Shown: in pieces, positions 13,531-26,300 of the stretch
How positions within the stretch are numbered: position 1 is the stretch's first letter
Layout: each line of letters opens with the position of its first letter
Assembly: GCA_951406725.2 (NCBI GenBank)
Contig: OX597826.1
Span: 51,584,001 to 51,648,000, forward strand
DNA: 64,000 nucleotides
Source of the DNA: Octopus vulgaris
Taxonomy: Eukaryota
Direction of reading: 5' to 3'
Made by a program: the position numbers and the translations under genes
Notes under the pieces: generated by a model
Seen by the model: the letters and a program-made list of their open reading frames with translations, nothing else
Databases searched by the model: none
What the model was told of the DNA's origin: nothing

Positions 13531-14776
13531 ATATATATATATATATACATACAAACATACATACATACATACATACATACATACATACACACACACACAA
13601 ATATACACTATATACACTGCACTTGTATAGTTCTTCTTTTTTCTTAACGTGTGGCGAATTCATATTCTTAAATATATTTCCTATTCAAACTGTTTATTTA
13701 AAATACAAATCTGATTCGTCTCCTGCTACTATAAGGTCATTATTGCCTGACCCTGTATATAAAGCATATATTTCTCTTTAGACAATACCCAAAAGGAAGA
13801 CGCTCTCCGGATCAGAAACAGCTCACGATGTCAAGTGTTAATGTAATACAAATTACGTTAAAATTAATAATTATAGAGCGATTATTAAAAGATTAGTCAA
13901 TGACATATTGGATTTATATCTAAATATAGTGGAATTGATACAATAGCGAATACATTAAAGTAAAGTAATATACATTGGTTCATTTAGAAAAGGATGTTGA
14001 TTGGAGAATGAATGAGTCTTGATATAACCATCTGCAGAATAAACATTAACTGATTGCTAAAGTGTTTAAGGCAAGGAGCATTAATAATGTAAGTATGCAT
14101 TATTTGACGACGAATAAAAAAATCCTTAAATAGACAATGACTATCAATATAGCTATAATGTTTAAATGGTAAATAGAGGAGAAAACACAGTATACGTTTC
14201 TACTTTATGATCTCTTCAACAAAGTAAATAATTCAGTATCGCCGAAATACGGCGATAAAGTAATTTATGACGAATCATAATGAAACGTACAACATTGTGT
14301 GCTGTAAATCTAATTAATTACCATCGTGTCATCTCATCTCTTAAACTGTCAAATACTTTCGCTCAAATTTACAAAATATGTATTATATTTAATCATGTGT
14401 GAATTGAAATATATTTTATTTTTATTTATCCATTCTGCTTCATCGTATCACTTATTCTAAAATTAATAATGTGTCAAAATACACAATGAAGTTATGATTA
14501 GAATCAATGAGAAGAGCCTGGACATTGTTGCTTGGCTTTCTACGAATACCACCCAAACATTCCTCAGCACATACCCAGCGTTCTACAAAACTGGCGTGCA
14601 CATTGGATAATGTAGTCCTTTACATCTGATGAGATAGTCACAGTTGAAAAGTATTTGATGACAGATTTAATAAGTGGAAGTGGAGAATTCTTCAGGGGCT
14701 TGGCAACCATTCGCTAACCAGCTGAACCCTCATTACAGAAAGACGTAAATTAGTACCCCCACACACACACACACTG

Positions 14777-14966
14777 GATTCCTGGAAGAAATAATCTATA
14801 CCTTGTCTGGAACATTTTGGTTACCTGCTTCATATTTAGGAACAATAGTAAGAAGCACCTTGCAAGAATGTTGAAATTGATAGATAGCAGTCATGAATTG
14901 ATCGAGTTCACTATGGATATTAATGAAAAGGAAATTCCTTTTCTGGGCATGATAATTAAAAAAGTT
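14777..14966 (+). pseudogene. Penelope-like reverse transcriptase fragment
   Basis: Translates GFLEEIIY and LIDSSHELIEFTMDINEKEIPFLGMIIKK, resembling the PLE RT signature LNSxHPxIKFTxE...IPFLD. Confidence 0.6.
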
Positions 14967-16109
14967 TAACAAGCAGCTTTATACACTAGAAGGAGCAGTC
15001 AAAATACCAAACTCACATTTAAGAGCAATTTCGAAGGGAATGAAACATAAAAAAAACATTTACCTGGTTATATTTTTACGAGCATACCAATATTTCGAAT
15101 TTCATTTAGCAAATAAAATAATTTGCTAGGCAAAATTCTCATCAGTGACCGCGCCATTAACATATAATTAACATTAACATATAATTTAGAGTCTCATCAT
15201 TATATATTATAATTTTTCAAATTCACCGCACAAGTGCAATTTCAGTCGCCAGCAAATGAAAAATTGCCGAACTAATCTTCTGAAAGTGCTAAAAAAAACT
15301 AAAAAAAAACCCACACACATACATACACACACACACACACACATGCTGTAACACACACATAAACATACATATGTTACTAATTGTTTGGAAAAAATGCCAT
15401 TAAATATAATAATTGAGAAGAAAAGATATGAAATCGATTTGCCAAAAAATTATTTTCCATTTACGCCAATACACATCAACTTGTGTTCAATACAATCCCA
15501 CTCACTGTCTCCTGTTATCGCGTGACACATAATTCTACTCTGCGGAATAGATATCTCACTTTATATTTCCAAAGTATTTCTGATGGTGGTGTCTGGGACT
15601 ACTAACATGGAAGGTATTCTATCATAATATATCTCTTTTCCCCCTAAACATCAGTAAGATTTCTACCGCCACTAGTCACTCTCTTCTACTGTCCTCTAAA
15701 CCGAACACTTGTTCCAGCCGGTCTGCAAACTATATCATCGTGCATATGTGACATATATTTCACTCCACTTCTTTCTCTGTCTCTCTGTCTTTCACATTGT
15801 GGGTTCAAAGGGAAAATCATTTGCCATTCTCAACGATACGTATTGTGCTTATTTGCACAATATATCAACCTCTTGCATTCTTTTGGTCCCCTACTTATCT
15901 TTTCCTCGGTTTTATCCAGTATTCATATAGTTGCATAATGAAGTTAACCTACTTCATGTTTCTTCTTAATTGACTACCGCTGCTCTTCGATAACGCTATT
16001 GCCTCAAGTATGTGGTCAGATATATCCTACTTCGTGTCTTACAAGTTTTGGAAGACAATATTCACTAACACCAACCCAGACAACAAAATGTGTGGCTGTT
16101 AACTTCCTC

Positions 16110-16189
16110 CTTCCAACAACCGTATCAAATAATTATCTTCCAACATCTGTATCAAATAATTATCTTCCAACATCTGTATCAAATAATTA
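16110..16189. repeat. 27-bp tandem repeat, 3 copies (CTTCCAACATCTGTATCAAATAATTAT)
   Basis: Three consecutive copies; the first has 2 substitutions. Confidence 0.9.
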
Positions 16190-16680
16190 AGTCTCAGTCT
16201 AAAATTTCAAAATGAGTTTCCACTCATCTGGTATACAGAAGACGGACACTTCATTCAATGACTTTAATTACCATACAAGTTACTGCTTAGAAAATACAAA
16301 CGCCTATGTTTGCGGTGTTAAAGCACCGTAGCTAATGTCCCTTCTGCTTACCTAAATTCCATCCTTGACCCTACTTTTCGATGCGATTTTAAAGACATCC
16401 AGTGTCTAAACTTTACCACGTGTAGAAACCCATGTTCCACTAAAATTGCTTTGGCTACTCGGACCCAGTAGAACCATTGATTCTAATAGTCTTTTCCAAT
16501 TGTCTACAGAAAATGGAGGAGTTCCCTTTCTTTACAACGCTTGAATCCTTAATTATAAGTCAAGATCCTTGATTCTTTGTGAAGAATTCATGACACAATC
16601 CATTGTGTGGTATCTTATTACCTAAAAAAACAGATAGTCTGACGCTACAAATTCCTGACACTTTGTTCTCAGAAGCATAT

Positions 16681-16782
16681 ATCAGCTGAAACGTTGTGTT
16701 AACAACAAACAAGATGAGGACAAATATCCGTCAAATGTAAATAAAATAAATAATTCCTCATCTCTTAAATACAGAACTGTAT
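16681..16782 (+). mobile_element. Probable Penelope-like pseudo-LTR 3' fragment (hammerhead 3' half only)
   Basis: CAGCT-GAAACGTT-GTGTT followed by an AT-rich tail; no upstream CTGANGA. Confidence 0.35.
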
Positions 16783-16789
16783 AATAATA

Positions 16790-16993
16790 ATGGTTTCAGA
16801 CTTTGACTCAAGGCCAACAATATCAGGATGGGGTTAAGTCAATTACATCGACAATAGTACTCAACTAGTACTTATTCTATCAACCCAAAAAGGATAAAAG
16901 GCAATGTCTAGTCCGGAGTCATTTGAACTCAGAACGTAAAGTCGGAAGAAAAGCATTTTGTTCAGCGTGTTGACTGTTCTACTTACTCACCGC
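16790..16993 (-). mobile_element. Diverged SINE family A copy
   Basis: Matches 5244-5473: TTAAGTCAATTACATCGAC, AAAGGATAAAAGGCAA, TTTGAACTCAGAACGTAA. Confidence 0.8.
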
Positions 16994-17229
16994 TTAAATA
17001 ATAGATGTAATATATTCATGTCACTGTATATGAGACTAAGTATAAAGGTGTGTCTTTTTCTTATTTTTAAACAATCATAAATTCTTGCTGAAGCTATAGC
17101 AGATCTCTGCATCAACTGAATTACTTTCCCATATTGTGATATATTAAACATTTAGTGGCTTAAGTATACAAAGAAATATTTCTCGTTTTTATTGCATTCA
17201 ATCTGATATATATAACATTCAATATTTAC

Positions 17230-18745
17230 ATGATACAAACACTGCTTAGTATTAAAATCACCACTTCAGTAGCAGTAAAGATACAGGAATACCAGTTTGG
17301 AATATTTGATTAGCTCGACTTTTCCTAAGACTGAATTATATTTTGACACAAGAACAGATCAACTGAACAGATTATTTAAGTAATTTTACAAATGTGTGAA
17401 GTTCTTGACATTTTTACGTCTTGCTTCTTTCCTTTCTATTTTACAACCGTTGCGGACATTCGATAGTAAATATTTGATCCATATTACTGAAGTTTGAACA
17501 GAACATCTTTTCCAACAACAGGTTTTCTGTTTTTACGTTCCTCGTTTATTATTGCTGCTAATGATATTTGAAGACAAAACTTCATATATATATATTCTAT
17601 TCTTATGAAAAATAGACGAGTATTACTTATATTTTATTGGTATAGGAATTGTGTGTGTAAGATAACCATTTAAAAGTATACGTTTAGTACCTGAATTAAA
17701 TACTTTAATTTGTATGTTCCATGATGTTTCTCCAATGCAGATGAGCTAACAAATAATATTTCATAACGTTATTAGTAAATTTCCGATGAACAGAACTTTT
17801 TACAGAATATATTGCAAGTAACATCGTAAGAGAAATATTTTTTCCAGTTTTGTGATGCTTTGAATTACTATTTAAATGCAATCAAATATTGGTTAATATT
17901 TCGACACTGTGGCTTGACTACAAATAACGAAAACCATTTACATCGAAAGTTTTAATAATCGAGTAGGTAATATTTCCGTGTACAAGACATAATAAATAGG
18001 CTCATATTCACAGTGAACGATTTATTTTGTAATTCAGCAATATACTTCATTCTAAAATTTCTCAACTATCCAAAAATATAGTAAATGGATACTGAACTTC
18101 AAATTCATTTTCAAAAGGAGTGAGATAGGAGAGGGGGAGAACAATGTGCATTAAGTTGTGTTATAATTTTAGTTATATTGAAAGGTGTCTGTGAGTTTTA
18201 TTTTTTTTAAATGTCCTACTGCCGTTTAATACCAACTTAAGGTATCAGCACTCTAATCAGTTCTCTGAGGCTCACAAATCTGACGAATGCTAATGTAAAT
18301 ATGTTATAGTTGTGTGTGTAGAAGAAGCCACGAAGTACTTTGTTTGCTCCGTCCACTTGCTGTTGGCTACAATGTTGGTAATATGGCCCTGCTATTATGT
18401 AAATATTTATTATATCAGGTTTCTTTATTTTAACGAGATATCATATTATTTATGTAGTTATTGGTACCATACCTAATGCAATTCGGAATTTAAAAAAAAT
18501 GCTTATATTGAGAATAGAAATTATTAGCTTAGTGAATAATGTTGTAATCTGACTTCGGTGCGAAGGGGTGAGAACATAATATTCAGCAAACCATTAGCTT
18601 ATCTACAGTTGGTAGATTAATAATTACTGTGTCGATCTGTGGTAAGTAATGTACACAAGTGCCTACAATTAGCATGAAGACTGAGGGTAATTTCTCAGCG
18701 ACTGCAGCTGCATCAATAGTAGTAGTTACGTTATTGCTATCATAC
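17230..18745 (-). pseudogene. Decayed class A (rhodopsin-like) GPCR pseudogene, apparently single coding exon
   Basis: Minus strand, across frameshifts and stops, gives ordered fragments: M/DSNNVTTT; TM1 EKLPSVFMLIVGTC; TM2 VIINLPTVDKLMVC; TM3 SILNISIFFKFRIALG/RY (DRY-like); TM4 IINIYIIAG/AILP; ECL2 QICEP; TM5 ISLTMLLAIYSV; basic RKEARRK; TM6 ICKIT*IICSVDLFLC; TM7 IPV/LYCY*SGDF (NPxxY-like). Polypyrimidine tract plus AG just upstream of the ATG at 18743. Confidence 0.5.
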
Positions 18746-19818
18746 CTAATATAGCGAAACAAAAAAAGACACAAGAAAATATCCTGTTAATTCATAACAC
18801 TTCTGCAGTGCGGAAGAAAATATTAGTTTTGTGTGTAGCCTAATATATATTTGATATGTGAACTGAGATGCTTTGATGCCCTTGGGATTTTATGACGTAA
18901 TTCAAATTGGAGTCAACCGAATATCTGTCTCTTGTTCTAAGATTTTAAATCTGTATCTGCTTCAGATACAGAATGTTACAGTCTTTTTCCATAAGTGATC
19001 TTTTGAATAGACTTGAGACATGCTTGGCATTTACTTTATAGAACTCAAAACATGACAGGAAAAGTCAATAATGTAAGATAGTTCATGCGGAACTCACTCA
19101 TTCTTGATAGCTAATCGCTCGCCTTGATTCTAATCGATTGTTTTATATTAATGAAACTTGTTAGCTTATAGAGAAAAGAAGAATGAAAACAGTTTGCCTT
19201 TTTGTGTTCCTCAAAAGCTAATGGCAATGTCTGTGAAATGAACTCCTGTCATAACAAGAACTGAAATTGTGAAGATATGATTTTATATGCCCAGAGCAAT
19301 CATTGTACGTTAACGTATGAACTACGTTTTTACTGACATCGTATTGATTTCTTTAGAATTGGCTCAAGGCATATATATTTTGAGGCGTAGGCTTTACAGT
19401 CGACATTATATTACTTGAAGGTGCTTTATATTATCAGGAATCAACATTAACAATGACTCCAGCAAAATTTTCAACACAGGAGGTATGTTGGCGAGACAAA
19501 ATACTGTTAGTTATTGATATATAAAAGAGGCATCGGATTAGATATTTCGCTTTTTCAATATGATAGTATGATAGTATATTAATTAAACTACCTGGAGTAA
19601 TCTAATAGCTTTTGCTGAAACCTTCTGCTTCACCTACCTTTTGAAAATCCTACTATAATAACAACCATTTTCGTTGCCTTTATATTTATTGAAGTAGCTG
19701 TGTGGAACTTCTCAATAATTTTATCACTCCAAAATTCCATTTAGTTTAAAGACTAATCTTGTGACAAGGTTTATCGTTCACAAACGAGAAATGTTGTTCA
19801 ACTATCATTTATATAAAT

Positions 19819-20013
19819 TTAAGCAGATCTATAACATATGGTATCTATCAAATAGATCTCCACAATAAAGCAAAATCTCCGATTGTAAGACGATAAATAC
19901 GTTTTGTAAAATTTGACTTGGCAATTTCTATCAGATCTATCTATTGGACGAGCTTCTTTTCGATATCTCTTCTGAAATGTTTTGTAGCGGAATTCCTTTT
20001 TGTTCTCTATCAT
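19819..20013 (-). pseudogene. Possible Tc1/mariner transposase N-terminal HTH remnant
   Basis: TFQKRYRKEARPIDRSDRNCQVKFYKT loosely resembles Tc1-type HTH starts; weak. Confidence 0.25.
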
Positions 20014-21932
20014 TGTTTTGATCTTTGAAGGTTATTTATACACTGTATTTCTTATTTAGTGATCTTATCCGGGGGCTGTTCAACAACACTGAAACTGTTT
20101 CATTGAATTTTTTGTCCTACCTTCATACTTATCAAATTCCGTAGAGAATTTCTTGGTAAATATACAAAGCCATCGTCAATATCAAAATCAATACAATGTT
20201 TGTTTCACACACACACACATACACACACACACAGACACAAACACACACACATCAAGAAACGTTACTCATATGCGCCACTCATATCAAGAAACGCTCATCA
20301 CATATTCACTTATATATCTATGTATGTAAGGTTATATTTGGAATGCGTGTGAATCACATACATATGTCTAATAGCAGCATTCATATAAGTAATCTTGATT
20401 TTGTCATATCGATTATAAAAGTATCAGAGTTTAGGCGTTTTATTTTTTATAAAAGTGTTTTCAAAGAAGAATCACAATTTCCTTCCCATCATTCCTCTTA
20501 TAGTTAAGTTGACCCGCGATACAGACATTTAAATTGGAAAATGGCGTAGCTACTATTTTTGGATCATCAAATGAAAAGGTTTGTGGGTATTTGCCTCATG
20601 GAAAACAAGCAGTCGTAAGAAAGTTATTTTCTCCTAATTAAATGTTCATTACTGATCACAGAGTTACCCTGTAATGAAACAATTCTTATTATGATATTTT
20701 TCAAATTTCTCGTCTGGTTTAATGAACGAATGCCCTTTAGTGGAATATGAAATTATCCATTTTGGGGAAATGCGTGGATTATTTTAGAATTATATAGATA
20801 AAGTTTCCTTTATAATTTACTTTCTTAGAAATCTTGATCTTACTCGTGAAAATTATACAGGATGAATATCACCAAAATATTTTCCACTAATAATGTTCTT
20901 TAGAGACATTAAATAATAAAAGGCTGCAAGTATATCGTTGGCTTGTTGAAGAGAAGTAATTGATTAGAGCAGAAATGTAGAGATCGATATATTCAGATCA
21001 GAGCGATTCAGTTTTGTAGAAGTACGAATAGAATGAATAATTCCGAAAACATTTTGTTCATCTGTTAACAAGCAATGACAGTGACTTCGAATTTTGTGCC
21101 TGCTCCATTTCGTCAAACTGTGGTACTCCAGAGTTCCTATTTTTAATATAGTTTCTAGTAATTTGTTTTTCTGGGGCAGACGGAAAAATATGAAATAATA
21201 ATTAGGCTTGACATACGTACGTCTATGAAATACATGTGTAGGTAAAGTGAGAGAGGACAGTAAGAAGCAAGTGTATTAATAGGGTTAGGGCTGATGCAAA
21301 GAAATCATTGGAAGATTCTTTGTGGTGGAAGTTGTCTCATTGTTTAGAGCTCGGTCAAACGCGTAGGTGACTTTGTAAACAACTGTGTCTACATTAGGTG
21401 TGTTAGATTTAGGCCATGAGATCATTAGTATTAGATTTTTGGCTATCGGTGTATTTAAGGGTTCAAAAACATCAGTAGATGAAAAGATTAGCTAGTCTGC
21501 AGATATCTAATTAAGGTCTAATTGTTGTTGATGTTATTTGATTTCTATTTAGGAAATTTAATATGTGTGATTGACGACAATGTTAGCTAAAGTATTAAAA
21601 GCGGGATTGTGTTGGATTTCCGGCGTGGATATTGGTGTGTCTGGCTGTCGCTGATCAGTCCTATGCTTGCTGGGAACTCTCTGTTGAAAGCGGGATACTG
21701 TTGGTCTGATGAAACTGAGGGTGAGGATTTGGTTTTGGATTAGCGCAGTTTTCTTTGTGTTCCTGTAACCCTACTCTGTTCTCAGGAGGTAGTGCCTCTG
21801 TTGGCGCAGCCTCATCAGACAGAACGGTTTTTCGCTTCAGCTTCCCAGGTGCCGTGATTAATCTCTAAGCTCTTCAGTGTGACTTTGAATGTATTTTTGA
21901 AGACCCTTTTCTTTTTTCTATTCTCCTTACAC

Positions 21933-21980
<48 letters not shown>

Positions 21981-21982
<2 letters not shown>

Positions 21983-22160
21983 AGAAAAATGGTAAGACAA
22001 CAAAAGAATGAAAGAGACCTCGATATTATGTAAATAGAGGAATTTATCTGTAAATGTAATATGTTACAATTATTCGGTAGCCATGATAAAACTCGGCATC
22101 CGAAACTCTGAGTTTTATCATGGCTACCGAATAATTGTCACATATTACATTTACAGATGT
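21981..22160. mobile_element. Asymmetric palindrome in (TA)n; probable inverted Penelope pseudo-LTR footprint
   Basis: 49-bp arms 22046-22094 and 22110-22158 (1 mismatch); 15-nt loop containing CCGAAAC; 65-nt unpaired left extension; TA arrays on both sides. Confidence 0.75.
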
Positions 22161-22264
<104 letters not shown>

Positions 22265-22265
22265 G

Positions 22266-22306
<41 letters not shown>

Positions 22307-22328
22307 GCATATGTATATATATATATAA

Positions 22329-22360
<32 letters not shown>

Positions 22361-22362
<2 letters not shown>

Positions 22363-22560
22363 TGTATGTGGCGGTCCCAGTTGGGACGAATGTTACTTTT
22401 ATTTAGCCCCAGAAAAAAGCGTGTCCAGCTGGCTGTGCCACACACTATTTGTGTCCTTATATTTTCGAACAGTCCTGGTTGGAATGAATATTATTGTTAT
22501 TTCCTAAGCTCTCCTGTTCGAAAATATAAGAACACAGATCTTGTTATATCAATGTTTGCA
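22361..22560. mobile_element. Partial inverted-repeat element related to 7749-8030
   Basis: Shares GTTACT...TAGCCCCAG...TCCAGCTGG...CACACT...TGTGxCCTTAT with 7795-7866; internal IR GTGTCCTTATATTTTCGAACAG / CTGTTCGAAAATATAAGAACAC. Confidence 0.6.
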
Positions 22561-22622
22561 TGAGTGCACAAGCAAGCAAACATACATATAGACACAGATA
22601 TATATGTACATAAATACACTCT

Positions 22623-22677
<55 letters not shown>

Positions 22678-22764
22678 ATAAAAATATACATATATATATA
22701 CAAAGAGAAAGAGAGAGAGAGAGAGGGAAAGAGAGAGAGAGAGAGATAGACAGAAAAGAGAGAC

Positions 22765-23245
22765 CATGAAAAGGCATATACTTAAGATTATAAATATGGA
22801 AAAGTACAGGACAAATTATTACACCTGTAAAAGTATAGGATAAGCTATTACTTCTACTAAATAAAAAATAAGAAACTTTTACTTAAAATATTGCAGCAAA
22901 GAATGCCAGTTCTTCTACTTTGTCACATTTTTTACAGTTCTCATCTTTTAAATGTATTGTACAAAACTGTTCAGCTAATTTGTAAGTTTGTCTAATTAAT
23001 CACTTTTTTTCAGTATTTAAGGTAGTAAATCAGCCAATTCTACTTAAATAAGACTAGTGTTATTTGTAAACTATAATAAAATAAATTTTATTATTCAAAT
23101 TTTAATTTTAGCTGCAATAGTTTAAGTAAAAAGTTTCTTATTCTTTACTTTACTAGAAGTAATAGCTTGTCCTATACTTTTACAGGTGTAATAACTTGTT
23201 CTGTACTTTTCCATGTTTTTAATTTGAAGAATATGACTTTTCATG
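22765..23245. mobile_element. MITE-like element with ~133-bp imperfect inverted repeats
   Basis: 22765-22897 pairs with 23111-23245; about 210-bp AT-rich spacer. Confidence 0.8.
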
Positions 23246-24084
23246 CTCGCATCTTTCCATTGTATCCATGAGTTTTCCAGGCATTCCTGTTATAATATAA
23301 TTGATAATGTGAAAGCTAATACTGAAAGATAATATTTCAATTTTTCCATATAAGTGATGATAATATTTCAATTCTTTTCGTGTTTAATTAAAATATATGT
23401 TGTGATTGAATTATTTGATATTACCCATACACACCAAATTTATGGCAGGGATTTTTACCATGTTGTTGTTTGCACCATGGCTCACCAAAAGTTACAAACA
23501 ACAAGACTCGAAAACCATCAGTTGCCAGGCCCACCTTAAGTAACATAATTTTGCAATATTAGGAGGTCACTTCGCCGCAAAAACTCAATTTTTTTCTTAG
23601 TGAAAATCGTGCAGGTGTTAATATAGAAATTGACCATAATGCTGTTGTTGTTATTTAGCCTCAAATAAACCCCGATACTGCAAACGTATCATCAAAGACA
23701 TTCCAGCCTTCAGAACATTACATACAACGGGCGTGTGATTTAGGTAGAGGGATACTTTAGCCGCTATTTTTAGCGCGTCGAGCGACAAGGTAGAGGTTCT
23801 TTCATTGGTTCGATTGCATGATGAGATTGTTTTTACACATATATGTAATATGTATATAAATCATCATCAGAAGTTAGAGAGTAAGTCAAAAGCTGAGAGT
23901 GTCGTGTATTGGCACTTATCAAGCACAAATTTGTCAATTATCACTCTGTAACTTCTAACGGAATAACTTCTAAAATACAAAATTTTGTAAAAAGCGTTAA
24001 GAGTAAACCCTGTTCTATGTAACATATTCCACCAGTATCGGAAGTTTGAAAGTGTTCAGTTTAAAAAAAATAATATGTACGTCT

Positions 24085-24184
24085 AAGTCAAACGCGGCGA
24101 AATTTGAACTCAAATACATAAAGACAGACGAAATACCGTAAGGCATTTCACCCCTGGCGCTAACATTTCTGCCAGGTCACCGAC
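24085..24184 (-). mobile_element. SINE family A tRNA-head fragment
   Basis: ATTTGAACTC ... GACGAAATACC ... GCTAACATTTCTGCCAG matches 5390-5473. Confidence 0.75.
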
Positions 24185-25524
24185 TTAGGAAGTTGGCATT
24201 CATTTTAGAAATATATTCTTTATTCTTATTGCTGAAGCGTTACTCATTTACTTCCTTCCTTACTGACATGGAATTTCGTAACATTTTACTTCTTAACTCT
24301 TTTTCTACTAATTTTTGTTTAATGCGACTAGCAAATCTGAATTCCTCATGCATTTCTCTATCATTGAAACCTAAGAAAATATAGTTTTAATTTACAATTA
24401 AAAAAATGTATGTCAATTGAGGATGAATATCTGCCTTACCGCAGGTATTTTGATGTACCTTTTTTCTACTGAGCCAATTTTCAAACTATTTATGCCAAAA
24501 TGTAGCTGAGGTGTCCTCTTTAACACTATTAACGGTATGCAATTTAGTTGAGAACTGAATTATTGGTGAAGTTTGGAAGCTGCTGCGATTGACGAAATGG
24601 TGGACTTAAGCATATATTCAACTACTATCGTGGTTGAATGATAAACAGTGAAATGGTCATCAATGGACTGCATTTGCTTTATGGATCTGATTGATCACAA
24701 CTAACACGGATCGTAGAAAACAACATCAGTATCCAGGCTAAGAAACCGGTTTTCTAATTGTGTGAACTTGGGAACTGAGAAAATATTTGGGATTTTAGCT
24801 ATGTTGAGAAGAAAAATATATTCTAAAGGTAGGTAGCCATTTAAATAACGATGTATTGATGTGTTGTATAAGTTGAGCGATAGATTGCAATTAGCATATA
24901 TCTACATAATTAGATTCAATCATAAAGCATTATAAATATATTTACCATACAAACGTTAGAGTTGATATTTATTCATTATAACTATGGCGTGTTATTACAT
25001 AAGAATTAATTTAAGATTTGTATTTTAATATTTCAATATATTTTCGAAATCTAGTCATCCGTTATTCGAAGTTGCTATGGCCTCTTTCTCTTTCACTTTC
25101 ACAGATTCGGTGTTATCAGAACATTGAGAATTCATAAAACTAATTAGAATCACCTCATAGGCTTTAATCACAATTTTAAGACCAACGTGTCTTAAAATTA
25201 ATTAAGCAGTAACTTGTTTTATTTCATCATGCATAATACAGTAGTATTTTTGTTTTATTTAAATTTCATTTATATTCAAGATTTTTTTAAAAAATCGGCT
25301 TTTTGTCTAATTGATCTCAAACATGAAGGGTTCGAAGCTATGTTTTATACATCCAGTAGCATAAACATCGACTTATTGCTGGCAGAGTCAATACACAATT
25401 AGGCTATCTCATTGAAGAATCTATAACCGATATCCATGCATCAGCTTTGCACTGCATGCATATATAAGCTTTGTTACAGATTCACTTTAAATAAAACTAA
25501 AGACGAGAGCATAAAAACACATTT

Positions 25525-25740
25525 TATAGTCTCTGCATGTAAGAGTCTATCTATTTAGTTGTCTCTCTCCATGTGGTAGTCTCTTCATGCAGTAGTCTTG
25601 CTCCGTGTAGCAGTCTTTCCATCTAGAAATATTTTTATAATAGTCTCTCTCAATACAGTTGTAGTCCCTCTCTATAGAATTTATTCTCCCAGTAGGTGTC
25701 TCTCCATGTATTAGTTTCCTTCACGCTGTAGTATTTATTC

Positions 25741-25772
<32 letters not shown>

Positions 25773-25895
25773 AAGTAGTGTCGTTTTCTCTAGTAGTGTC
25801 TTTCTATTAGTCTCTCTCTCTCCATCTCTCTGTTGCAGTGATTCTCCTTGAAGTAGTTTCTACATTTAGTATTCTCTCAATAGAGTAGTCTCATT
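25525..25895. repeat. Degenerate ~18-20-bp minisatellite (GTAGTCTCTCTCCAT-like)
   Basis: Recurring TAGTCTCT and CTCCATGT units over about 370 bp. Confidence 0.65.
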
Positions 25896-26004
25896 TACTC
25901 GGAAACAACACAGTTTCCCGTTTATTTGATCCTGAATAAAATACGTACGTTCAACATATATTGTTAGCGTGTATTCAGTGCTCCAACATAGATTTAGCAG
26001 CGAG

Positions 26005-26300
26005 ATACTTTATTTTTTATTTATCCCGGATTAGTGGAAGGTAAACTTGCCCTCAGTAGGATTTGAACTCAAGAAGTAATAAGCTGTAATAAAGATCGGA
26101 AATCATTCAGTCCGACGTCCATGCACTGTAAATATTGATTTCAAATGTTGGCACATGTGTAGCAATATTGGAGAGGGCATAAGTCGATTACATCGACTCC
26201 AGGGCTCAAATGAATGAAAGGATGAAAGGTGAAGTCGACATCGGTAGCATTTGAACCCAGAACGTAGAGACGGTCGAAATGCCAGTCAGTTTGCCAGCTT
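26005..26300 (-). mobile_element. Two adjacent decayed SINE family A copies
   Basis: GGATTTGAACTC near 26060; AAGTCGATTACATCGAC, GAAAGGATGAAAGG and TTTGAACCCAGAACG at 26180-26270. Confidence 0.75.

Noticed and set aside
16110-16189. 27-bp direct repeats as a CRISPR-like array
   Set aside because: Head-to-tail with no spacers, eukaryotic context, no cas genes.
18650-18754. Plus-strand peptide ending ASIVVVTLLLSYLI* (GPI-signal-like) and a nearby GTG|GTAAGT donor
   Set aside because: Preceded by an in-frame stop; better explained as antisense of the GPCR-like remnant.
21180-21860. Strand-skewed stretch resembling a LINE ORF1 or 5' region on the minus strand
   Set aside because: No diagnostic motif recoverable by eye; left unassigned.
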